From a virus, in IMG/VR virus record IMGVR_UViG_3300008216_000009, positions 31,607 through 95,606 of that record: a stretch of DNA of 64,000 bases. One strand, written 5' to 3'. How positions within the stretch are numbered: position 1 is the stretch's first letter; the number at the start of each line of letters is the position of its first letter. Position numbers and translations under genes: made by a program. Under the pieces are notes generated by a model that saw only the letters and a program-made list of their open reading frames with translations, searched no databases and was not told the origin of the DNA. Positions 55,104 to 61,665 of the stretch are shown here, piece after piece.

Positions 55104-56049
55104 GAATAAAACAGGTATTCAGGATATAGTTAAAGTAATCAATAAAAAGCTGAAGACAAATATATCTATAGGGGACTCTGAATCCCTAGAGATTAAGCGT
55201 ATAGAGACTGGTATCCCTCCCTTTGATCAAATGTTGGGTGGGGGAATTCCTCGACAATCGGTAACTGAATTTTTTGGGTATCATGGTAGTGGCAAGACAT
55301 ACATAGCTCAACGAATAATGGCCTATGCACAGTCTCAGGGGCTTCGGTGTGGTTTTGTTGATGCAGAATGGGCTTTTGAGCCTATATGGGCTGAGACAAT
55401 AGGTCTAAAAACCGAAGAATTAATTGTTTCCAGACCTCACACAGGAGAATCTGCTTTAGATATCTTGCTGGCTCTTTGTGAGAGTGGATTGGATTTGGTA
55501 GTTTTAGATTCCATCGCTGCTCTTCTCCCTACGGCTGAGGCTGAGGGGAGTATGGAAGATATGCAGATGGGTCTTCATGCACGTTTGATGAATAAGATAT
55601 TTCGAAAACTTCCTATAGCTATGAGTGCTACAACTCCAGGCACTGCCGTAATCATGATCAATCAGATTAGGGCGGGATTGGGAGGATACATAACTAAAGA
55701 ATCATTGCCGGGGGGCAAAGGGCAAGAGTTCTTTAGTAGAATTATGGTACGTATGGCGAAGGGTGAGTCTATAGGAGACAGGGGATTCTACATTAAGATG
55801 AGAACTCCCAAGAATAAAACTTTTAAGCCCCTGCAGGAATGTTTGGTTCCTTTTTATTATGATGGTCAACAAAATCCCACATACGAGTTATTCTCTACGG
55901 CTCTTGATTTGGGGGTTATAGAGCGTAGAGGGGCCACGTATACTTTTAATGGGATTAAGGCTATAGGTAAGGATAACTTTGTTTCCTCTATGAAAGATAA
56001 CAAAGATTTGTATGAAGAAATTAAAACACTGGTAAGGAGTAAGGTATGA
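55093..56049 (+). CDS. recA: RecA/UvsX recombinase
   Basis: GGGIPR, GYHGSGKT, FVDAE, DSIAAL.P..E.EG, ARLM, INQIR, PGG. Confidence 0.95.
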   Translation: MTTKNKTGIQDIVKVINKKLKTNISIGDSESLEIKRIETGIPPFDQMLGGGIPRQSVTEFFGYHGSGKTYIAQRIMAYAQSQGLRCGFVDAEWAFEPIWAETIGLKTEELIVSRPHTGESALDILLALCESGLDLVVLDSIAALLPTAEAEGSMEDMQMGLHARLMNKIFRKLPIAMSATTPGTAVIMINQIRAGLGGYITKESLPGGKGQEFFSRIMVRMAKGESIGDRGFYIKMRTPKNKTFKPLQECLVPFYYDGQQNPTYELFSTALDLGVIERRGATYTFNGIKAIGKDNFVSSMKDNKDLYEEIKTLVRSKV

Positions 56050-56522
56050 CTACTGAGAGGGATGTTGCGAGTTTAGCTGAGGATATTCAGACCATGGTGG
56101 GATCCTATACCTCTTTCATGGAGGGTATCGCATTACAGGATTCAGAACTAGCCTGGGAATTAGCCGAGAAGTATGCCGATAGATTGAGAGACATGACACG
56201 GGAGGCTTTTGCTGATCTTGCATCGGAAGCTAGTGAGGGTCTTAGGAAGCCAGCCAAGAAGAAGCGTAGGAAGAAGGCATCAAAAGTCTCTGAGGTAGCT
56301 CCAGTCGATACTTCCAATGCAGTCCCTATGGGGGCTGAGGAATTGCCAGAGAACCCAGGTTCTTTGCTTTCCCAGATACAGGATCCCGATCAAGTTGATT
56401 TAGCTCTAGATAGGTCTATGCGGGAGCAGACTATAACTGAGCGATCCGAGGGCAGGGAACCTCCTAGTACTTTCAATCGTAATAATCCAACTATGAAACG
56501 TATACCTAACAGTGAGAGATGA
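56046..56522 (+). CDS. hypothetical protein
   Basis: ATGA-coupled; helical N-terminus and a basic patch. Confidence 0.7.
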   Translation: MTTERDVASLAEDIQTMVGSYTSFMEGIALQDSELAWELAEKYADRLRDMTREAFADLASEASEGLRKPAKKKRRKKASKVSEVAPVDTSNAVPMGAEELPENPGSLLSQIQDPDQVDLALDRSMREQTITERSEGREPPSTFNRNNPTMKRIPNSER

Positions 56523-56829
56523 TGCTTTTAAGACTGATACTAAGCATCAGCTACTCATAAATAAGTGGATAGAAGAGCTTGGTATAGGAACAGTCATTGA
56601 GCAGCCGTTTGGTGCTTATTCTGTGGACATATTTATTCCAGATTTAAATCTAGGGATAGAAGTGGATGGTCCTTATCACCTGAAGAAACGTGATTTAAAA
56701 CGGGATGAATATCTAAAACAGGCACATGGTGTTGATATCTGGAGAATCCCCATCAAAAAGATGGGGGCCGGGTATAAAGATAAATTTTTATCTAGACTAA
56801 TGATTAGAGTAGAGGAGTTGGATAGCTAA
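56512..56829 (+). CDS. DUF559/Vsr-like endonuclease
   Basis: Y.VDIFIP.L.L.IEVDGPYH...RD..RD.YL.....I.RI. Confidence 0.85.
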   Translation: MRDDAFKTDTKHQLLINKWIEELGIGTVIEQPFGAYSVDIFIPDLNLGIEVDGPYHLKKRDLKRDEYLKQAHGVDIWRIPIKKMGAGYKDKFLSRLMIRVEELDS

Positions 56830-57513
56830 ATGCCTTTAATAGATAGTGTTTCAAATTTTCAAAAACATTGGTTAGAGCGAACTTTTGATGAGTATGATCA
56901 GACAACTCAAAGAGAGCCGAAGAAGAGAGATTATTTTACTCCGTCGAATGCCCATTGGTGTCCCAGAGCTATTTGGTATCACTCTATGGGGTATGAACAA
57001 GATCCTATTGAGGCCAATTCTCTGAGACGTATGGGAGTTGGAACTGTTTATCATGAGTTCCTCCAGGAGAAGCTAAAAAAAGCTGGAGTACTTGTGAGTA
57101 TGGAGGAAGAGGTCACCTGGGATGATCCTAAGATCGTTGGTCACTATGATGGGATTATAAAAAATCCTGAGACTGATGAAGATTTTCTGTTGGAGATAAA
57201 GAGTAGATCGGATAATAAAAGAGCGGTGAATTACTTACCTCGTGCAGAACATATTCTTCAGTGGAATCTGTATTCTGCCATGACTAAAGTTGTTAAGGGG
57301 ATCATTTTCTACATCAATAAAAATACTCAGGAATATAATATCTATGAGACTCAAAGGAACGATCAAATCATAAGTAAGGTGTTTAAGAAGTTGAGGAAAA
57401 TACGAGACTATGTGAGTCGTGGTGAAATAGTACCTTACCAGCCCAAGGAAAATCACGATTGGTGCAATTTTAAAACTACATGTGAAAGAGATTTTTTTAT
57501 AAAGGGGAAGTAG
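56830..57513 (+). CDS. Cas4-like PD-(D/E)xK exonuclease
   Basis: PS...CPR..W, GT..HE, GHYDG, EIKS, Q..LY, C-terminal H.WC.F...C. Confidence 0.85.
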   Translation: MPLIDSVSNFQKHWLERTFDEYDQTTQREPKKRDYFTPSNAHWCPRAIWYHSMGYEQDPIEANSLRRMGVGTVYHEFLQEKLKKAGVLVSMEEEVTWDDPKIVGHYDGIIKNPETDEDFLLEIKSRSDNKRAVNYLPRAEHILQWNLYSAMTKVVKGIIFYINKNTQEYNIYETQRNDQIISKVFKKLRKIRDYVSRGEIVPYQPKENHDWCNFKTTCERDFFIKGK

Positions 57514-57990
57514 ATGAATCTGGATACTTTGCAGGTAAAGGCAAAGGAAATAGGACAGGGGCTGGAGAATTTTCCAGAACCTAGTATTCCCCTAGACGGG
57601 GATTCGTATGAGTTCCCTAATAATGCCGATAATTTGAGTGATGAACAACTTGATTCATGGTTGATGTTTTTTGGAGCTTGGCGTGGATATGTCATCAATC
57701 AAATTGCTCAGAGGGACGGTGAGGTCAGTTTATTGGGGGAGGGATTTGATTTGATGATGTCTTCTAAGTCTGCTGATCTTGAGGCTGTAGCTACTAAACG
57801 ACTTCTTAAAGAATCCTTACGAGGAACTATACTCAATGAGAATTCAGACTTATTGAATTTGAGTAAAAAGATAATGGTTCTCAAGGCCGAATTAAAGGTT
57901 TTAAAGGGTCGTTTGAGCTTGTATGATGTTCAATTTGAAGCTATTTCTAGGGTCATTACTCGTCGTGGGCAGGAACGTCAAAGGGCATGA
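57514..57990 (+). CDS. helical recombination-mediator-like (UvsY-like) protein
   Basis: Coiled coil ending SR.ITRR; position among recombination genes. Confidence 0.45.
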   Translation: MNLDTLQVKAKEIGQGLENFPEPSIPLDGDSYEFPNNADNLSDEQLDSWLMFFGAWRGYVINQIAQRDGEVSLLGEGFDLMMSSKSADLEAVATKRLLKESLRGTILNENSDLLNLSKKIMVLKAELKVLKGRLSLYDVQFEAISRVITRRGQERQRA

Positions 57991-58457
57991 AGAGAGTTTA
58001 CGGTATAGATATTTCCACCTCAAAAATAGCCGTTGCACGTCTAGTCGATAGTGATTTTGATGTGATAGAATTCCGAGCACGATCACGGTCTTGGGAAACA
58101 AGACTAGCTCAATTATATAAAGAGTTCTTCTCTTACGTAGAGAAGGAAATAACCTCGGATGACTTCGTGTGTGTTGAAGATATACCGATGGTTCAGAATA
58201 GAAAAGGTTTGATTAAGTTAGTCCATGTTTTGGCTATGTGTCGTGTTGTTTTCTTTCATCACGACATAGATTGTTTCCCGGTTAATGTGAGCACGTGGAA
58301 AAAGGATGTCGTGGGAGATGGTAGGGCAGATAAAGACAAGATTAAAATGATGGCGTTGCAGATTTTTGGTAAGAGCATTGGAAAGTATTCTCAAGATTCT
58401 ATTGATGCTCTTATGATTGCTAAGTGGGGCCAATTGCGTTTTAACTCGATAGGGTAA
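57987..58457 (+). CDS. ruvC: RuvC-like Holliday junction resolvase
   Basis: GIDIS, VED, V.VSTWKK..VG.G.A.K, D..DA..IA. Confidence 0.9.
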   Translation: MKRVYGIDISTSKIAVARLVDSDFDVIEFRARSRSWETRLAQLYKEFFSYVEKEITSDDFVCVEDIPMVQNRKGLIKLVHVLAMCRVVFFHHDIDCFPVNVSTWKKDVVGDGRADKDKIKMMALQIFGKSIGKYSQDSIDALMIAKWGQLRFNSIG

Positions 58458-58478
58458 AATTTTAAAGGAGAGGGTGAA

Positions 58479-60788
58479 ATGACTGTTGGTACTACTGGCA
58501 ATTTTACGGAGAATGCGGTTTCGGTATTGGAGAAAAGATATCTTCTTAAAGACGGTGAGGAGACGGAGTCTCCAGAGAAAATGTTTTCACGTGTATCAAA
58601 ATGTCTATCTGAGGTAGAGAGTAATTATCGTGTATCAGGCAAGGAGATACGTGAATTAGAGAAGTCATTCTTCGAATTAATGTGGAGTTTGGATTTTGTG
58701 CCGAACTCCCCTACGTTGATGAACGCTGGTACAGGCCAAGGTACTTTGAGTGCTTGCTATGTTTTGGACATAGATGATTCCATGGAGGGCATCACTACTA
58801 CTATCAAGGATCAGGCTTTTATTGAAAAGTTTGGTGGTGGAGTTGGGTTTGCTTTGAGCGGCATTCGGCCTAAAGGTAGACCAATTACTACCACCCAGGG
58901 GGCTGCTTGTGGACCCATAGCCGTTCTTCGTGTTCTTTCTGAAGTAGGCAATCTTATCACCCAGGGCGGTAAACGTGCTGGTGCCCATATGGCTATCATG
59001 AGTGTTTACCATCCAGATATAGAAGAGTTTATAACTTGTAAGAATGTTGAAGGCCGTATAGATAATTTCAACATATCCGTTGGGGCTGATTCGAATTTCA
59101 TGGAAGCAGTGAAGAATGATCAATATATAAACTTTACCTGGCCTCTAGATAAGAATAGATATTATGAGGATCAGCTTGATGCTGATCGTAAACAACCGGG
59201 AAAATCTATGAAGGCTCGTGATTTATTCAACAAGATTGTTTCTGGTGCCTGGAAAAATGGAGAACCGGGCATGGTCTGGTTAGATAGGATTAACGAAGAC
59301 AATACTACTCCACAGATTGGCAGAATAAATGCCACTAATCCTTGTGGGGAGCAGCCTCTTTTATCTGGGGAATCTTGCAACTTAGGGAGTATTAATTTAG
59401 GAAATTTCTATTTAGAAAATGAGGGAGGTTCTTATGGTTTTGATAGTAGTAGATTCGATGAAACTGTAAAGCTCAGTGTTCGTCTACTAGATAATGTGGT
59501 TGATGCTAATAATCATCCCACCGATAAGACTCGTGAGATGAACAAGCTTACTCGAAAGATAGGTCTGGGAGTTATGGGGTGGGCTGATTTACTTACTAAG
59601 TTGGGAATTCCATATGATTCAGAAGAGGCTCTTGAACTCGGAAATTTGATTGCTAGCAATCTTAAAGATACTGCTGACAAGGAAAGTTCTCGTTTGGGTA
59701 AATTAAAGGGCAATTTCCCCGCTTTTGATGAATCTACACTGAATAAGAAGAATGGGGGCAAATGGGATTATATGAGAAATGCCTGGAGGCTTTCCATTGC
59801 CCCTACTGGAACCATAAGTATGATTGCTGATGCTTCATCAGGTATAGAGCCTCATTTTTCTCTTTCCTATAAGAAGCACAATATGTCTTCTCAGCTTGAA
59901 AATACAGAGTTATATTATATAAATAAATATTTATTAGATTATGTACCTGACGGGTTGGATGTAGATAAATATCTTGGATCGGGTAAGGCATTGATTGATT
60001 TTGTTCCAAATGATAGAAAAAATCATTTTCGCACTTCTAATGATATTACTCCTGAATGGCATGTAAAAATGCAGTCAATTTGGCAGCATCATGTTGATAG
60101 TGGGATCTCCAAGACTATAAATATGCCTTTTGAGTCCTCTGAGGAGGACGTAGACAAGGCGTATAGATTAGCTTGGTCTTCTGGGTGTAAGGGCATCACT
60201 GTCTACCGAAATGGATCTAGACAGAAAGAGGTACTTGTATCTACAGAGCTTAATATAGGTGCGTCGGATACAGATGGGCTTTTGCCTATTCAAGTATCGG
60301 TTAATTTTGATAGACCTGAGGTTTTGGATGGTCAGACTTGGAAAGTACCTACAGGGCATGGAAATATGTACGTCAATTTAAGTTTCCATGAGAATAGACT
60401 TGTGGAGTTATTCGCTAATGTAGGGAAGAGTGGGGCCAGCACAAATGCACAGATAGAGGCTTTGGGTAGAGTAATCTCTACGGCGTTACAGCATGGTGTA
60501 CCTGCCCCTGATTTAGCTAAGCAGTTGAGAGGAATTAATTCAGATAAACCTGTATATCATAAAGGCAGATTGATACGATCCACGCCTGACGCAATTGCTT
60601 GGGTACTTGATCAGGTGTCTGATAAGGTTCAAAGCAGCACTGATGTTCAACATAGTTTCCAAGAGAGTGTAGAGCCTATTTTTATGTCGGAGGATAGGGT
60701 GGAGTGTCCAGATTGCGATAGCGATTCTATGGTGCAGGAAGAAGGTTGCATGAAATGCTATTCATGTGGATATTCTGCTTGTAATTGA
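58479..60788 (+). CDS. nrdJ: class II (adenosylcobalamin-dependent) ribonucleotide reductase
   Basis: PNSPTLMNAG, LSACY, GGGVG, TNPCGEQPL....CNLGS.NL, IAPTGTIS, ISKT.N, KG.TVYR.GSR, TSCPD-like domain, C-terminal CxxC...CxxCG.S.C; no R2 gene. Confidence 0.95.
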   Translation: MTVGTTGNFTENAVSVLEKRYLLKDGEETESPEKMFSRVSKCLSEVESNYRVSGKEIRELEKSFFELMWSLDFVPNSPTLMNAGTGQGTLSACYVLDIDDSMEGITTTIKDQAFIEKFGGGVGFALSGIRPKGRPITTTQGAACGPIAVLRVLSEVGNLITQGGKRAGAHMAIMSVYHPDIEEFITCKNVEGRIDNFNISVGADSNFMEAVKNDQYINFTWPLDKNRYYEDQLDADRKQPGKSMKARDLFNKIVSGAWKNGEPGMVWLDRINEDNTTPQIGRINATNPCGEQPLLSGESCNLGSINLGNFYLENEGGSYGFDSSRFDETVKLSVRLLDNVVDANNHPTDKTREMNKLTRKIGLGVMGWADLLTKLGIPYDSEEALELGNLIASNLKDTADKESSRLGKLKGNFPAFDESTLNKKNGGKWDYMRNAWRLSIAPTGTISMIADASSGIEPHFSLSYKKHNMSSQLENTELYYINKYLLDYVPDGLDVDKYLGSGKALIDFVPNDRKNHFRTSNDITPEWHVKMQSIWQHHVDSGISKTINMPFESSEEDVDKAYRLAWSSGCKGITVYRNGSRQKEVLVSTELNIGASDTDGLLPIQVSVNFDRPEVLDGQTWKVPTGHGNMYVNLSFHENRLVELFANVGKSGASTNAQIEALGRVISTALQHGVPAPDLAKQLRGINSDKPVYHKGRLIRSTPDAIAWVLDQVSDKVQSSTDVQHSFQESVEPIFMSEDRVECPDCDSDSMVQEEGCMKCYSCGYSACN

Positions 60789-60993
60789 TATGTTAAGAAA
60801 TAAAAAAGCTTCAGTTGCCGTTAGTAGTGCTATAGTAGTAGTTATGGTTGCGGCAGCGGGATATTGCATTGCTAAAAGGTTAGATGGTTGGAATAAGTCT
60901 AAAGATGAATTAGGAGCTATACCGTGGGATGTGCCAAAAGAGTACACGTCTTGGAAAACTTTTTTTAGGAATCCAAAAACAGGGCAGATCTAA
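60766..60993 (+). CDS. small single-TM membrane protein
   Basis: VAVSSAIVVVMVAAAGYCI helix; start may be ATG 60790. Confidence 0.55.
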   Translation: MDILLVIDMLRNKKASVAVSSAIVVVMVAAAGYCIAKRLDGWNKSKDELGAIPWDVPKEYTSWKTFFRNPKTGQI

Positions 60994-61018
60994 AGCATCT
61001 ATTTTAAGGGGTTAGACA

Positions 61019-61432
61019 ATGGGATTACTCAGTTCTATAACTAAACTTTTTCAGAAAGATCCCCCGGTAAGTGAGTGTTGTGTGGATGGGGTATGCGTCT
61101 GTTCGTCTGATGGAGATGATCTGGTTTCAGATGTTACTGTAGCTACCACCACTGCTACCTCGGCGGGTGTTGTTACGATTTCTACAGATACTGATGTTCC
61201 TACTTCCACATCATCTACGCCCAGTACTGTAGAGTTTACGCCCCAATCTGTTGCTTCTGCTGATGAAATAAACATAGCACTGGAGACGGCTGCTGAGGCC
61301 GATAGGGAAGCAGCAGAGAATTATACTCCAACTCCTCCACCTGCTGCTCCACCAAAGAAGAAGAGAGCTAATGCTAAAAAAGCCAGTTCAAAATTGAATC
61401 GTAAATCAACTACTAGAAAGAAGAAGAGTTGA
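61019..61432 (+). CDS. hypothetical protein with Cys cluster, S/T linker and Lys-rich tail
   Basis: ECCVDGVCVC; PKKKRANAKKASSKLNRKSTTRKKKS; TGATG overlap with the next gene. Confidence 0.65.
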   Translation: MGLLSSITKLFQKDPPVSECCVDGVCVCSSDGDDLVSDVTVATTTATSAGVVTISTDTDVPTSTSSTPSTVEFTPQSVASADEINIALETAAEADREAAENYTPTPPPAAPPKKKRANAKKASSKLNRKSTTRKKKS

Positions 61433-61665
61433 TGGTAGAGATATATACAAGTATGGGTTGAGGTCCCTGCCACATGACGAAAGCGTGGCTTTCGGGCAAG
61501 GGAATCTCTTTTACTGAATTTAACATTTCTGTGGATATGGATGCTGGTGCACGTCTGCGAGATTTGGGGTACAGGTCAACACCAGTAGTTCGCATAGGAA
61601 ATGAGTTTATTGTTGGCTACAGTCCCCAAAAACTTGAGGCTGCTTGCAATACATATGGGCTATGA
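61432..61665 (+). CDS. nrdH: glutaredoxin/NrdH-like redoxin, probable selenoprotein (U-G-P-C; TGA at 61459-61461)
   Basis: MVEIYTSMG*GPCHMTKAWLSGKGISFTEFNI...LGYRSTPVVRIG...VGY; the TGA sits exactly at the first Cys of CxxC; ATG overlaps the upstream stop (TGATG). Confidence 0.85.
61460..61508 (+). promoter_or_regulatory. bacterial-type SECIS-like hairpin
   Basis: GCCAC (61469-73) pairs with GTGGC (61485-89), apical C-GAAA-G loop 17 nt after TGA; outer TCCCT/AGGGA pairing. Confidence 0.65.

Noticed and set aside
1466-57513. CRISPR-Cas system (Cas2-like plus Cas4-like genes)
   Set aside because: The genes are 55 kb apart, there is no cas1 or effector gene, and I saw no repeat-spacer array. 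Cas4-like nucleases are routine in phage recombination modules.
48521-60788. Inteins or introns in DnaB, PolA, RecA or NrdJ
   Set aside because: Protein lengths are normal or compact, motifs are contiguous, and no intein termini or homing-endonuclease inserts are visible.
61459-61461. Genome-wide TGA reassignment (Trp or Gly) as the explanation for the in-frame TGA
   Set aside because: TGA is a normal stop elsewhere (ATGA overlaps at 31826, 56046, 57987, 61662), Trp uses TGG, and long genes are uninterrupted in code 11.
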